Origin: Octopus vulgaris
Taxonomy: Eukaryota
Assembly: GCA_951406725.2 (NCBI GenBank)
Contig: OX597820.1
Span: forward strand, 53,072,001-53,136,000
Reading direction: 5' to 3'
Length of the DNA stretch: 64,000 bases
The translations under genes and the position numbers were made by a program. The notes under the pieces are model-generated. The model saw only the letters and a list, made by a program, of their open reading frames with translations. It was not told the origin of the DNA and made no database searches. Shown here one piece after another: positions 13,631-29,421 of this stretch. Positions within the stretch are counted from its first letter, which is position 1; the number at the start of each line of letters is the position of its first letter.

Positions 13631-14977
13631 AGAATAATAAATAAATAAATTGTAAACGCTACCACGGTGGTGTTAACCGGGGTGAACTCTACGATCCAAG
13701 AACAGGAAACATCTCATCCATCAGAGCTTCTAAATAATTCTGGTTTAGGAAATTTCAGTTACAAACATTTCTTCAGTTGACGCTATGCAGAAGAAACAGG
13801 CCCATATAGCGACCGAGATATAGGTTCGAGCTAAAATACATGTAGTTGAAAAACGAACTCCTTAATCACACAACCATGCTTGCACATAAATCTACCAAAA
13901 TAAAACAAATCTTACAAGAAGCTATTAAGCAAGATAACAACACATTCATGTATCATACGTATATTCAACAGTCATATATTACACAACATATACGAACAAC
14001 ATAAACTAGATGTACAATTACAGCAAATAACTTAGAAAGCAAAGCTGCAAAGAGGAGCTTATGTACAAACACATTAGCTAATGCAGGGATATTTAGAAAT
14101 AATACCTAAGAAACAGAAATAGATCAACAAAATGAGCGACCATACAAGAAAAATATAAAAGTGAATAAGCTTCCATAAACCAATGGATGTAATGCAGTGG
14201 AATATATCACGCGCAAAAAACCCCTCGCCAAAGAATGAATAAAATGCAAAAACAAAAATACCTGGCTTACAATAAATAAGCCATCAAAAATGCGGCAAAA
14301 ATATTGAAAGATGTACCACGTACGTAGGAAAGTAGGTATCGCAGTAAAACAAACATAGCTAGATTGTTATATAGAAAAAAAAAGAACATCAAAGCGTGAA
14401 CAAGGACCATACAAGACCGTATAGAAAACAACTCACCAAATTATCTGCTACAACAAAAATATATCCCCCCCCACCATCCTGAAAAAAAAAATTGAACAAT
14501 ATAAGAGCGCCTATCACAAGAGACTGATCAGAGTTAACAATGTTGTAAATCTATCGAAGCGATAAGATAAAGGAAACAGAAGTGACCAGAAGAAATTCAA
14601 TAAGCATGGAGAAACTAAAACCCCTGTCCTAGAAGCAAATAAAGAAATAAGCCCGTTATATAATAGCTAAATACAAGAAGGTTCTCCGAAACACGACAAG
14701 GCTAAATAGCCATCTTAATATCAAGAACAACTAGACTCAAATTTTACACATACGAAATAAAACTGTGGAATGAAAAAATGATATACGAAAATTCTAGTAA
14801 AATATTATTAACAGAGAGAGCCACTTTTAAATAACGTAGTAGAGAATTCACTAGCATATAAAAAGAGGAAAATAACGAAATATGAAGAAAATAAAACCCC
14901 AGCTCAATGAAAAAGCTCTTCTGGTGATGTGAAACACTATAAAAAAATCTAAGCAGTAATTGTGTAGTCTGTATATA

Positions 14978-15095
14978 GGCGTGGCTGTGTGGTAAGAAGC
15001 TTGCTTTCTAATCACATGGTTCCGAGTTCAGTCCCACTGCGTGGGACCTTGGCCAAGTGTTTACCACAATAGCCTCGGTTCGACCAAATCCTTGT
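14978..15095 (+). mobile_element. SINE family A, 5' fragment
   Basis: ggcgtggctgtgtggtaagaagcttgctt...gttcagtcccactgcgtgg. Confidence 0.75.
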
Positions 15096-16170
15096 GTATG
15101 CCTTTCTACCAGGTCGATCAATAACGAAGTCGTTCCCTCAGCAGCTCCCTCAAACCGTATGGCTCAGCATAATCAGAAAGGTATACTGGAACATGCAAGG
15201 ATAATAAGCTTAAGTTCACATTATTCCATGTGTGTTTTTTTTAAGATGTAGAATGTGGTTTGGCGGGGTCTAGTTATGCTTTTACTAGTTCCCTCTTATA
15301 TAGAAAGCAAAAGCACCTCCTTCAATCACACTTCACCATCTAATAAAAGCTCACCTTATATAATATCGAATCGAGGCTACTTGGCTCAATTGGAAATTAC
15401 TTAAGACCAAACAATAACGACAACGAATTAACCTATAAGATACTATATGAAATCAAGGGGAAAGCTTACAAAATTACTGACGAAAATATCTCACCAATAA
15501 TCTGATACAGTAGCATTCAAAGGGTTAGTAAGTTGATTTGGATCAACTTTTGACTAGTTACCGAAGAGGAAAATAGTATTAAATCTGCAAAGCAAAATTA
15601 CTGAAGAACACCAACATTACGGAATAAGTTCATTTTTACGAGCAACATGTAAATAATTTAAGCTGTATTCTATAAGAAACTGACTGCTATATTATGGAAA
15701 GTAATAAGATCTTAGCAGAGAAGCAGAAAGAAGTGCAATAAAAAGACGTATAGTTGTAAAGTGTAGATACAGAAGAACCAAGCAATTACTGAAGTTGGTA
15801 AGAATAGAAAAGGTAAAATTGCAATTACGAAGGACTGATTAACAGAAACAAATTTACAACTTACCACATTCACTGATATAGGAGAGGCAATATATAAAGA
15901 AAGCAACTCTTGACAATAGGGTATCATCAATGGCATGCCGAAATACGAATCAATAGTATCACGCCATAACAAGTAAAGGGTGATAAAAAATAAACATGAC
16001 TGTACCCTAAAGAAGAAAACTGATTCAGAGAGATTCCTTACTAGCTTTGAATGTATTAGAACAGTTGCTGGAGTTTATTGACCACTCTCGTTAACTGAAT
16101 AGTTAGAACAGTAACTTTATGTATTAATTCCTGATTTATAGACTTACACACACGCACACGAACATGCACG

Positions 16171-16661
<491 letters not shown>

Positions 16662-17457
16662 GTCTGCGGCAGAGACTTCAATATCGCATAGATTAATGGC
16701 GTTCTGTTTGAGGTTGCTTTTCAGAGTATCTTTGACACACGACATATATATCATATATCCTATATACAGGCTTCCTCAAATCAGGCACTGTCCTTATTAC
16801 AAAAGAGAAATATGTATTTGATAAATTAAACATAGATATACCTTGTCTTTATAAAAGACGGCATAAAGAATAGTAGTTCCAAAATATAGAAGTCATTGAA
16901 CCACAGCTGAAAAGCTTTCACCATAGAACTGCACAATTCTGGCTGTTCTGCATCTAAACTGTCACAATTACGAACGTTTCAAGTCAACTGCGAATTATCT
17001 GTGTTTGTAATTCTCAGAGTTTCTTTTCATTTGCCGATATATATTTCCATTAACCTCTTTACTACATGCGAAAATATACATTAAATGATGTCTACGTATA
17101 GAAGTACTTGACACTGCCAAACTTTTGTCGCCATTTAGGCGCATGTCATTTCTTTGTATAATGATAATGTCACTGCCAACGATTATATTTAAAACAGCAT
17201 GTTAGTGTTAGTTGTACATTAATATAGTACACATAGAGTATAGATGATGCAACGACATAAAAAATACAAGTTCAATACTACATATAATGCTTCAATAAAA
17301 CTACAAATGTTCCGATAATTTTATAGGTGACTGAATTATCCGTTCATTAATGTTCGTAAGCTCAGAACAATTATCATAAGCACAGAATGATACAATTGTC
17401 CTGTCTGTGCGTTTTCAACTCAGAACTTTGATGTAACTAAATGCTGTGAATATGAAA

Positions 17458-17494
<37 letters not shown>

Positions 17495-17530
17495 TGTGTG
17501 TGTGTGTGTATAAATGTATATAAATATATA

Positions 17531-17568
<38 letters not shown>

Positions 17569-17739
17569 CATATATATAATATATATATATATATGTATGT
17601 ATACATATATATAAAGACAGTACTACTTATCCCAGTTGTCTTCCCAGATCTATTTACAATTTACTCTGCTGAAAACTTAGTCAAACAGACAGGAAGCTGT
17701 GTTAAACTAATAACTCTTAGAAGGAAAATGGTCCATGTT

Positions 17740-18870
17740 TAGTTACTTTTACGAATGTTGATCGAAATGAAGAACCCGTAATTATGAATGTGCTTAATAA
17801 TTAGGTTGACTTGAAAGCAGACCGAGTTTTAAAAATACCGACTTTTTGAATGAACATTCAGATGAAGAAGATTTAACCATTGCCAGTGCTATTAAGAAAG
17901 TGGAAAACTTGTCAGTTCATCTCGCAGATCTCCAACAAAAATGCTAGAAATGTTTATAAAATAAGTAAAATAAAAACATGATCAAAAATTTGAATTATTC
18001 TTTTCTACTCTGGGCACAAAGCCTAATATGTTGGAAGAGGTGCCAGTGGATTAGATCAATCCCAGTACGTTACAGGTACTTAATTTATCGAAACCGAAAG
18101 GTAGAGTCGACCATTGCGGAATTGGAACTCGGAAAGTAAACAGACGAAATACCTATTTCTTTATTACCCACAAGGGGCTAAACACAGAGGGGACAAACAA
18201 GGACAGACATAGGTATTAAGTCGATTATATCGATCCCAGTGCGTAACTGGTACTTAATTTATCGACCCCGAAAGGATGAAAGGCAAAGTCGACCTCGGCG
18301 GAATTTGAACTCACAACGTAACGCAGACGAAATACCGCTAAGCATTTCGCCCAGCGTGCTAACGTTTCTGCCAGCTCGCCGCCTTAAAAAATTGTGTTAA
18401 TAAATGATAATAAAACAAGATGGAATGGTCTATTTGTAATGTTTGAGAGATTCTTGTTCTTTACAGGTTCTGTTATAAAAAATTATTATCAGCACGAAAG
18501 AATCTCTTGAATTTTCTAGCAATGAATTTAATGCAATTCGTGATTTTGTATCAGCATTGAAACCAGTTACAATTGCATTTGAAGAAAAAAAAAAAAAGTT
18601 AGCCGAAGGAAAGTCTCTTGTTACTGAAAAAGTGGATCGACAAAAATTCCAATAACAATTTTACTAAAAGGAAGTGTCAAGAAAAGAATTCAATAGTCGA
18701 AAAGGGAAAATAGAATTAGATTGATTATCTAAATAATGATTATTTAATTTTTCTTGCAATTTTGCCGCTTTTGAAATTATGTTATCTTAAACTCCAAGGC
18801 AAACCATCGTACAGAAACTATATGGAAAAATATGCATCGCTTTGTTACAAGTATCTCCAGCTTTCCGGAA
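17740..18870 (+). mobile_element. Degenerate hAT-like transposase remnant, split by a SINE
   Basis: DNKTRWNGLFVMFERF at ~18405-18452 resembles the hAT TRWNS motif. IRDFVSALKPV lies downstream and AIKKV...RRSPTK upstream of the SINE. Confidence 0.5.
17996..18383 (-). mobile_element. SINE family B (Deu/Nin-domain-like), two internal units
   Basis: Minus head ggcggcgagctggcagaaacgttagcacg...gagttcaaattccgcc followed by gcctttcatcctttcggggtcgataaattaagtaccag. Confidence 0.85.
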
Positions 18871-19793
18871 CCATGTGGTTGGTAAGCAAGCTACTTACTA
18901 CACAGACACTTTGCTAATGTGATGTACTGCAAGAGTCACTTCTAAATTAAAAGTTCAAAACCAAAATTCAGGCGGTTATATGAATATAGAACATTGGCAT
19001 TGGATATGGCGAATTGGTAACACAAATACACACGCATACGCATGTATACATTCATAATAAATCTATCCATCCATACATACATTCATCTATCCATACATTC
19101 ATCCATCCATTCATACATCCATCCATCCATCCATTCATCCATCCATCTATACATCCATACATCCATTCATCCATCGATACATCCATTCATCCATCCATCC
19201 ATACATACATACATAATACACACCATACATACATGCATACATATGTACACCCTTATATATATATGCATATATATGTATATATGAATACATATTATTGTGT
19301 ATGTAAGCGTGTATATATTTATATATGTGTCTCTGAATCTACGTGTGTATGTGTGTATGCATGTATGTGTATATATACAGAAAGAGAAAGAAAGAGAGAC
19401 AGGCAGAGGCAGAGACACACAGAAAGAGCAAACTCATTAGCAATATCAACAAACACAAACTGGTGCTTCAAATTAAAGTTACATAAATATGGTTAAATAA
19501 AATTTTATTCCTAAATTAAGCAAAAATGTTGTAAATTATATAACCGCAGTCACTTTTGCATCAAACATTTGTGTATGTATATGTATACATTTGCATGTGC
19601 ACATACATACTTGCTGGCATATATATACATGTGTGTGTGTGTGTATCTCGTAATTATAAGTATCTTATGCCTCTGTTTGCGCATATATATATATGTATAC
19701 AATTGACTACACACACACATAACCTTATACGCATGTGTATTTTTACATACATATATTTTTACATAAGTATAAATATACTTATATATACATGTT

Positions 19794-19841
<48 letters not shown>

Positions 19842-19884
19842 AACACACACACACATATATATATGTATGTGTGTATGTATATAT

Positions 19885-20090
19885 CACGTTATCATGTAAC
19901 CGACCAGGCTACCAGATATTGTTACACTTTGCTGGTCACAATGCGCTTTTGCATTGTTTAACCTTCAAATGTCGTCACTCCAGTGGCTAGACCAACAGGC
20001 CAACATTCCACTCTGACCAACGTGAAAAGAAGTATTTTGCACGAGAATATAATGCGCTACCCAGTCAGGGAACCGAACCCCACGAACAAG
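19885..20090 (-). mobile_element. Degenerate third SINE-like repeat
   Basis: B-box-like ggttcggttccctg on minus near 20065-20080, in an isolated non-microsatellite block. Confidence 0.4.
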
Positions 20091-20204
20091 CGTTTGTATG
20101 TTTGTGTGTGCAATAGTCTTACCACTAGGCCACGCGCCTTCATACATACACACGTACACACACGCAAACAGGTACACAAACAGACAAACACATACATATA
20201 TGTA

Positions 20205-20441
20205 TACTCTTTACTCTCTTTTACTCTTTTACTTGTTTCAGTGACTGTGACCATGCTGGAGCACCGCCTTTAGTAAAGAAAATCGACCCCAGAATTTATT
20301 CTTTCTAAGGCAAGTACTTATTTTATCGGTCTCCTTTGCCGTAAACACACCAGCATCGGTTGTCAAACAATGTTGTGTGGACAAACAAACATATACACAA
20401 ACATATACACACACAAACATACACAGACACAGACACACACA

Positions 20442-20527
<86 letters not shown>

Positions 20528-20706
20528 CATATATACATATATACGACGGGCTTCTTTCAGTTTCCGTCTACTAAATCAACTCACAAGGCTTTGGTTGGCC
20601 CGAGGCTATAGTAGAAGACACTTGTTCAAGGTTCCACGCAATGGGACTGAACCCAGAACAATGTGGCTGGTAAGCAAGCTACTTTCCACACAGCCACTCC
20701 TACGCC
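20205..20706 (-). mobile_element. SINE family A
   Basis: Same head, body and tail as 1372-1768. Confidence 0.85.
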
Positions 20707-21143
20707 TATGTATACAAAGATACAAACATACATACATACATGCAAACATACATGCATACACACATACGCATAATATTTTATATATACGTATATATCACAT
20801 CACTTTTACATGATATCTTTGATTACCGCATGTATTGATATTGTCAATACGTTAAATGTAACGGTTTGACTTGTAATCTATCACAAAATTCTGTATTGTT
20901 TATATCTCTGCAGGGGGTGTTTCTCAGAATATAAAAATGTCCAGTGCAATGTTTGTTTGACCTACATTATCGGATGCATAACACAGACACACATCTATAG
21001 ATGCATACGTATGCACATACCTATGATGATCTCTCTCTCTCTCTCTCTCTCACTTTCACTCGCTATCTCTCTCGCTTTCACGCTGTAAGATATATGTGTG
21101 TGCACACACTGACACACATACATAGACATACATACATACATAA

Positions 21144-21175
<32 letters not shown>

Positions 21176-21368
21176 GTATTATGTATGTATGTATGTATAT
21201 ATATGTATGTATGTATGTCTATGTATATATATATATATATATATGTATGTATATATGTATGTATTTATATGTCAATATATATGTGTATGCATACACAAAT
21301 ATATGTATATATACATATATATATATGTGTATATATATATATATAATATATATAATATATATATAATA

Positions 21369-21451
<83 letters not shown>

Positions 21452-22199
21452 GTAGGTGTATGCAATTGTGTACGCATGCATGTATGTATGTACCTATACA
21501 CGGATGGATAGATAAATGGTTGCATGTATGTATTTATTAGATAGTGTTAAATATACGTTTAGCGTACTTAATTGGCTTGTGAGTTAGTGTGCAAATAATG
21601 GCGTCTGACATTTATATCTCACCTAACCTAATACAACTATGTCAGAAAGCTGCCATATTTTCCCAATAATGGCGTTCGTTTTGCTCATTGATATGTACAC
21701 GCACGCACACACACTCACACATATATTTTTACATACCTTGTTACATATATTCCCTTACGTCAGTTATTTTTCCTTACGTTCAGTTACAGTATACTTGTAT
21801 ATGTTTTGCTTTATGCTTTCTCGTTTTGAATTCATTTCCCCCAACTCTTTTCTAATTTAGTAAACATTTACTGATCTATGTTTATCTCGCTCATCTAATT
21901 TAATTTCCTGCATGTTTCCATAGAGATATTTCACATATGTTTGAATACACAATCATGTTACGGCTATAAAGGGAAATTAACAAAAGCGATAAACAACATA
22001 TTGCTCTCTGTTTATCACGAACACAGTGAGATATATGTATCTGTCAAAGTATATGTATGCATATATGTTTGTGTATGAGTATATGTATGTATGTGTAATA
22101 TGCATGAATGTACAAATGGAATCATATGTGTGTGGGTGTCTATTTGTGTGTGTGTGTGTGTGTGTATGGATGTACCTATGGAATTATATCATATATATA

Positions 22200-22600
22200 T
22201 ATATATGAATATACGCATGTATATAATGTATATGTGTGTGTATGTGTATACTTAAGTATAAATATACTTATATATACATGCATATACATAATTATTTAAA
22301 TAAGTGAGTATATGTATATATATATATATATATATATGAATATACGCATGCATATACTGTATATGTTTGTGTGTGTATGTGTATATATAAGTATAATTAT
22401 ACTTATATATACATGCATATACATAGTTATTTAAATAAGCGAGTATATGTGTATATACACATGTATATATATATGAATATACGCATGTATATACTGTATA
22501 TACGTGTGTATGTATGTGTATATATAAGTATAAATATACTTATATATGCATGCGTATACATAGTTATTTAAATAAGCGAGTTATATATGTATATACACAC
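22200..22600. repeat. AT-rich tandem repeat, three ~130-bp units
   Basis: Recurrent gaatatacgcatg...taagtataa-tatacttatatatacatgcatatacata..tttaaataag-gagt. Confidence 0.7.
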
Positions 22601-22959
22601 GTGTGTATGAGTGTGTATGAATATGTGTGCGTTTATGTATGAGTGTGTCTACTTAAGACTATGTATTCCTATGACAAGAAAGAGAAACTACGGATGTGGA
22701 AGTCTATTATATAGCTATAAAAACAATTTTAGATAAGAAAAATTTACAATGCATTATACTTATCTTTTAGTAAAATCGCAGTATTTTACTTATTTGTCTT
22801 TCGCAAGCAAATTTCGCTTCTTTTTAAATACTTTCAAATTTTATTTTCTATCTTCTTTATTGAAAGCGATAAATAATATATGTTGAGAAACACATCTTTA
22901 TTTCCACTAATTATTACGGATGACAATAGTCACGATAGTGTGGTGGTTGTGGTTGTCGT

Positions 22960-24800
22960 TGTTCCTGCTCTAGAGTTGTTTTCTTTTTATTGCGAGCTTA
23001 CAATATTCCACCAAACATAGCTGTCTGTTCTTTGTTTATATGATCAGTTCTCTTGATTTTCTTGTTTCTATTGTAATAACTATATAATTCTTGTAATATC
23101 TAACAGTGTTCTTTTTTCTATATGCAAGGCATACTGTAAATCCTGGAAGTTTTCTGTGTTTTCCGTAATCATTATAATTGTTATTTTGGTTTGGCTCAGG
23201 TTCGGTCTTATTCCTGGTAGAAATTATGTGGATAGCGGGTTACAACCTGTAACCTTACGCATCAAAATTTTTAATTGTTTTACAGCTTTTGTTGTTTCTT
23301 CTTTTTCTTCATAGTTGTTAGGTGCTATGATTTCTTTGTTGCATTTTCAGCTTCCTTAAAGACTGAAACAGCTTTTTGTCTTGTTTGTGTTTTGTGGCTA
23401 TTTGTATTAGTTTTCCTTGCTTCTGAAGTAGGTATTTCTGTAGTCCATTGGTGGCTATTTTTCAATAGTTTTCTAACTGTATAAGACTTCTACCACCTTC
23501 AATACTTTGTATGTATAACGTTTCTATATCAGATTTTGGGTGGTGCATCCTAAATCCTCTCATCATTTTTCTTGTTCTCAGGTCTATTTTAATTCATTTA
23601 GTGTCCAGTTAAGAATAATGTAGTTGTAACTTATAACTGAGATGGCTAGAGTGTTGATATCTATTATCTTGTTTTTAGCATTAAGCTCTGTATTTAGTAT
23701 TGATCTAACTCGTTTATAGTATTCTTTATTTTTTTTTCTCTTTCATTTGTGTGTGTTGTATCATATCTAGTTCATGGATTCCTAAATATTATATAGTGTG
23801 ATGTTGCTGCCCTTAACTAGTTTTCCTCTTTTCAATGTCGCTTTGCCATATTTTTCTAAGACAAATTTCATGTTTATTTCTTTAGTAAATCCTTGTACTG
23901 ACAGTAGTAATGTTTCCAGCTGTTTATAATTTGTAGCGTAGATCACCCATATACAAGAGGTGGTTGATTATTTTGTCGTAACACTTGTATCCACATCCAA
24001 TTCTATATAGCATGTCAGATAAAGATGTCAGAATAAGGAGAGCGTGTCTCCCTGGAATATTACTTTTCTAATGGGGATGGCTTTGGTTTTTATGACTCAC
24101 TCTTATTTTCTGGAACTGTAGCACTGTCTACCAATTATGCATGCTATCTTTTATATATTTTAAGATTATGGGTGCTACGTTGTTCATGATTAATGTTTCT
24201 AGGATCTATGTGTGGGATATATTATCAAAAGTCTTTCGGTAATCGATCTAGGCCATACTTATACCCTTCTTTCCGAGGCTGTCTTCAGTTATGGCTTTAT
24301 TGATCAGTAGCTGATCTTTACAGCCGTATGACCTCTTTCAGCATCCCTTCTGTTCTTCTGGAAAAAGTTTGTTCTCTTCCAGATGTCTGCCCATTCTCTG
24401 CGATGCTATTGCCGTAAAGGCTTTGTAAATTGTAGGGAGACAAGGTATCGGCCTGTAATTTTGTGGGTTTGGCTTTTCAGTGGACTTGGGAATTAGTATA
24501 GTTTTCCCTTCTGGGAGCCATTCAAGCATTGTCTCAGACTCTGCTAGTATTTCATTAAATGTCTCAGCCAGCTTTTTATGTGTTCCTGTTGGATATTTAA
24601 TCAGAGGTTAGGGATCTTGTCGTGCCCGGGTGCCTTTCATTTGCTCAGATTTGCAGTACTTGGATGACCTTCTCAGTTGTTATAGAGGTCCATAGTTGTT
24701 CAGATGCTGCGTTCGTTGTTTTGATATATCTTTTCTGAGGTTGGTCCTTTGCCGAACATATTTCTTTTCAAAATTCTTCCACTTCTTCTGTTGTTGGTGC
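22960..24800 (-). mobile_element. Degenerate RLE-type non-LTR retrotransposon (R4/Dong-like) RT region
   Basis: ORF 24338..24529 (WLPEGKTILIPK...PQNYRPIPCLPTIYK...PEEQKGC) is followed by GCKDQLLINK, IDYRKTFD, FQGD-LS and HLLYM-D on minus. Confidence 0.85.
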
Positions 24801-24814
24801 TGCATTGATCTCTA

Positions 24815-25060
24815 CTTTCAAAGTTATCAGAACAAAATTTTACAAACCAATTTGATACTGTCTGCTGTGTAATAACATTCGAATGAAATACTTCATTAAT
24901 ATCCCGAGCTGTCAGTGATGCTGTATTTCCAAGAAAGAACTCATACTTCAAAACAGTACGAATTTTTGACTTATCCATCTCTAAACAAATATAGCAAAAA
25001 CGATTTATATACACAATTTATAAAGCGCAAAATGACTTAAAATAAAGAAATATATGTGTC
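24815..25060 (-). mobile_element. Mariner transposase N-terminal HTH fragment
   Basis: MDKSKIRTVLKYEFFLGNTASLTARDINEVFHSNVITQQTVSNWFVKFCSDNF resembles the N-terminus of Hsmar1/Mos1-type transposases. Confidence 0.8.
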
Positions 25061-25816
25061 AGCTTTCTAACAAAAAAATAAAGAATAACTGCTTAGATGA
25101 TCTTTGACAACGTCTAGGTCCTTCCAGAGAATTTTACCACTCTTTTCAGCCATTAACCCTCTATAGAAATGAAGTGTTTCACCCATCATATAGTCCGATT
25201 GATAGTGAGGTGTAAGGGCAGCATTGCAAATGGAAGACAGCCAACCTTAGTCGTCGCCTGAGCCAGAACTGCAGCTCTGTGGAAGTGACAAAATTTGAGG
25301 AAGCATGTTACATAAACAGTTGACTAGCCTTGCTCACCAACTACAAATCTCTGCATACGTCGCAGCCTCAGTGAACGCTTGAGCCTTACTAGTCATAACA
25401 TACCAAACCTTCAGAATAGTGTGTGATGGAAGCAAACGAAGTTTCTGTCCCGAAAACCCGATACTTTTACAAGGAAAGGTACGAGTAGACGATCCGTATT
25501 GAGCAAATGAAATGTAAGGTAGAAAGTAGGAATATATATTATGGAGATAAAGTAGACGTTCGCTACTTCTGGTTTCAAATACAATTGCCTCTCAAGTTAT
25601 TTCTGGAAGAGACTTGCTACTCTGTTCATAAAATTGTCTATTTATTTTCTACTCACCTGCAAACCAGGAGCGAATTCAGCACCAAGAACCTTAATTCCCC
25701 CCTTTCTTTCTCTTTATCTTTTATTCCACGTGTTTCTTATATTACAGAAGACGTGACATAGCCTTTTTGAGTTCAATGCTACCATTTCCCGAGGTCTTAT
25801 GCTTATATATGTAGAT

Positions 25817-26371
25817 TATTCTTTTCTACTCTCGGCACAATGCCAGAAAATTTGGAGGGCAGGGGCCACTCGATTACATCGACCCCAGTACGCAACTGGT
25901 ACTTAATTTATCGACCCCGAAAGGATGACAGGCAAAGTTAACCTCGGCGGAATTTGAAATCAGAAAGTAAAGACAGACGAAATACCTATTTCTTTACTGC
26001 CCAGAAGGGGTTAAACACAGAGAGGACAAACAAGGACAGACAAACGGATTAAGTCGATTACATCGATCCCAGTGCGTAACTGGTACTTAATTTATCGACC
26101 CCGAAAGGATGAAAGGCAACGTCGACCTAGGCGGAATTTGAACTCAGTACGTAACGGCAGACGAAATACCTATTTCTTTATTACCCACAAGGGGCTAAAC
26201 ACAGAGGCAACAAACAAGGACAGACATAGGTATTAAGTCGATTACATCGACCCCAGTTCGTAACTGGTACTTAACTTATCGACCCCGAAAGGATGAAAGG
26301 CAAAGTCGACCTCGGCGAAATTTGACTCACAACGTAACGCAGACGAAATACCGCTAATCATTTCGCCCGGC
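25817..26371 (-). mobile_element. SINE family B, three internal ~184-bp units
   Basis: atcgaccccgaaaggatga recurs at ~25910, 26094 and 26278. Confidence 0.85.
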
Positions 26372-27067
26372 GTATATGTGTTCGATTATTAAAGAACGAG
26401 CGAGCTGCGGGTTCGTTCGAAAATGTTACTCAAACAAAGTTAGCTTACGTAGTGTCCACTTGGCGGTTAACTGTCTGTTCTTTACTGAAGACTTCATCAT
26501 TTAAAAGTTTCCTCTGTTGAGAGTTAACCTGATGTTACTTTATGGCTGTCGTAAAACTATATTAACGAGGTGATTTAATATGCGGTTTCTCACTAATGGA
26601 GGATGTCACCTGTAATACAATATCAGACACTGTAACTGTAGCCGTTCGTAGTAACTCACCAAATTTCATTGAATCTATTTCTATTGAATAAAACTACTAC
26701 AGCTAAGAATCGAATATTTACTAAGTAATATGCTAAATATATTACATTTTATGGTGATCAAAAATTTGAACGCATTTGAGGTGACTAATAATATTTTGGC
26801 AATGGTTGATTATACATACAAGAATATTGGTGAAAAAGAACAGCATGAAAAGAAAAAAAATGTAAATTAAGAGAGAAAACTCTGATCAGTTATTTAACAG
26901 AAAGAAAATTATATTTGTCGGATTTCTTACCAGAATACATGTTCGAACAGATGCGAATATAAATGAGAGAAACATATGCTCACTCAAACACATACACATG
27001 GACACGCATATACGTATATATATATATATATATATATTGATAGATAGATAGATATAAATATATATAT

Positions 27068-27108
<41 letters not shown>

Positions 27109-27361
27109 TAGAGAGACAGAGAGAGGGACAGAGAGAGACAGAGACAGAGGCAAAGATAGTTTAATAGATAGAGATCGATCGATAGATAGATAGATAGGTA
27201 GATGCAGAATTATATCATGCATACATACATGCTCACATACATACATGCATACATACATACATACATACATGCATACATAAATACATACATACATGCATGC
27301 ATACATACATACATACATACATACATGCATGCATACATACATACATACATACATACATACA

Positions 27362-27393
<32 letters not shown>

Positions 27394-27642
27394 AGTGCGT
27401 GTATGTGTGTATGGTCCACGCAGACATAATTGATTCTTTTATATATTTTTGTGTTCCTCATTTTTCCGCACCACTATTCACCCAATATTCATCTTCCAAA
27501 GAAGCGTAATGTCCAAAACGTTACATTTATATGAGCGGCAAAATAATAATAATTTTGATGGTAAAATTATCCCGGCTTAATATACCTTCTATTTTAGATT
27601 TTATGTATTTTTATGTTATTTTGTTCTACGTACCTATATAGC

Positions 27643-27700
<58 letters not shown>

Positions 27701-27750
27701 ATGTATGTATGTAAATGTATGTGTATATGTGTGTGTGTCTGTGAGTATAA

Positions 27751-27791
<41 letters not shown>

Positions 27792-27795
<4 letters not shown>

Positions 27796-29421
27796 CTGAA
27801 TTACCCGGCGTTGCCCGGGCTACTGGTGTTCTTATTCTGATTAATAAACAGCAAAATATGAAGGACCCGGTTTCACTCGGGTTATAAACTCATAGCCTTA
27901 ACACAGTACCGCTTGCTTGTAGTAAGATTAGTATGCTTCTAAGAAAGTAATATTTATTTTTAACACTCAAATGTTTTACACTTCTGTGCACATATCATTC
28001 GTGTAAGTGCTTCTTCATACACTCTGTTTTCTGTCTTGCCATGCTTATCACTGAGAATGTTGAGGTTCTTTTAATCTCAATCTCTGGAACATCCAGCATT
28101 TCAGCTGACCATGTGAGAAGCATAGTAGAAGCAAGTTAAGTCCAACCACTTTTAGAGATTGACCTTGTGTTTTGCTGATAGTCATTGCAAAGCTTACTTT
28201 GACAGGAAACTCCAGTCTCTTGAACTGAAAGAGGGGATCATTTGAGATGAGAAGGATTCACGGAATGAAGACATTCTCACATATCATGTTGCCTGTAATT
28301 ACTTTTGCTTCCAACACATTGGGCATGGCTGTTTTAACAACCAGCCTTGTTTCATTGCAGAGCCTGTGTGCATCAAGGTTTGTTAACAGCATTATGGGAG
28401 CACCTGTTTTCATGATTAGAATGTGTGGTGGAAATCCTAGAGTTTTAATTTGTGTTGAAGAACTCCAAGATAATGCGTTGCCTGTTCTTGATCAGTGACA
28501 GAGTCAATAGATCTGTATGAACTTTCAGTTCCTGGAAGCTGAAGCAACACATTTAAATTCAGCTTGTCTACAGCATCATTCCTTGATACTATAATTTTTC
28601 TTTCACATAGTCACTTGTGACTTTTGTAGTTCTTCAAGGGAGACAGTCACATTGCCACATGGGAGGTCGTGCAGACTATCTCCTGGATCCTGTGGAAGTT
28701 TTCCATTTCCATTGTCAAGTAACTTGTTGGAGAACTCTACAGCTAATAAGTCACCATGAATATGAACCCACGCGGAAATTGCAGTGAGTTTAACCTTTGC
28801 GCCACAGCAGCTCAACCCAGGTGTCTCGCCATGTCACTTCCTTGCTTTACAGTGTATGCACTCAGTTGTCATTTCACCAATGGAAACTTTAGTATCAATC
28901 TCTATAATTAACTACTGGATCATAGTTGAAAGCTGCTGTAACTGCTCTTCCTTCTGCAGTGAAGATCTTTATTCCTTGTCAGGCGTGCATACTTCTGATC
29001 GACAGATTGAGATGCTCGGGTAGCAGCAGTAGACTACTGGTTTTGTTTTTGAAGCATAACTCTTGTCCCATCATTCTCAGATGCACTGGCTGCTGTAGTA
29101 CATTGTCTGTTTCTTTCTTGGCGTGTTTCCCGTGCTTTTTTTTTTTCAGGTGTCTCTCTTTCAGTTGACAGAGACATTCTTTTGGCTGACCTTGGCATTG
29201 GAGACAAACTTGGCACCTTTCTTCTAGGCATGGTTATTTACGGATACACAAAAACACTGATTAATTTTTTTTGTACCAGACATGGTTATAGCGACAAATG
29301 CAAGACAGAATGGTTTGACAGAAAGACAGAATGATAGAGTAAGAGACAGAAAGAGAGGAAGATAGATATATATATAGGGAGATATAGATATAACACGTGT
29401 TCTGAAATGAAATAGAAGCGG

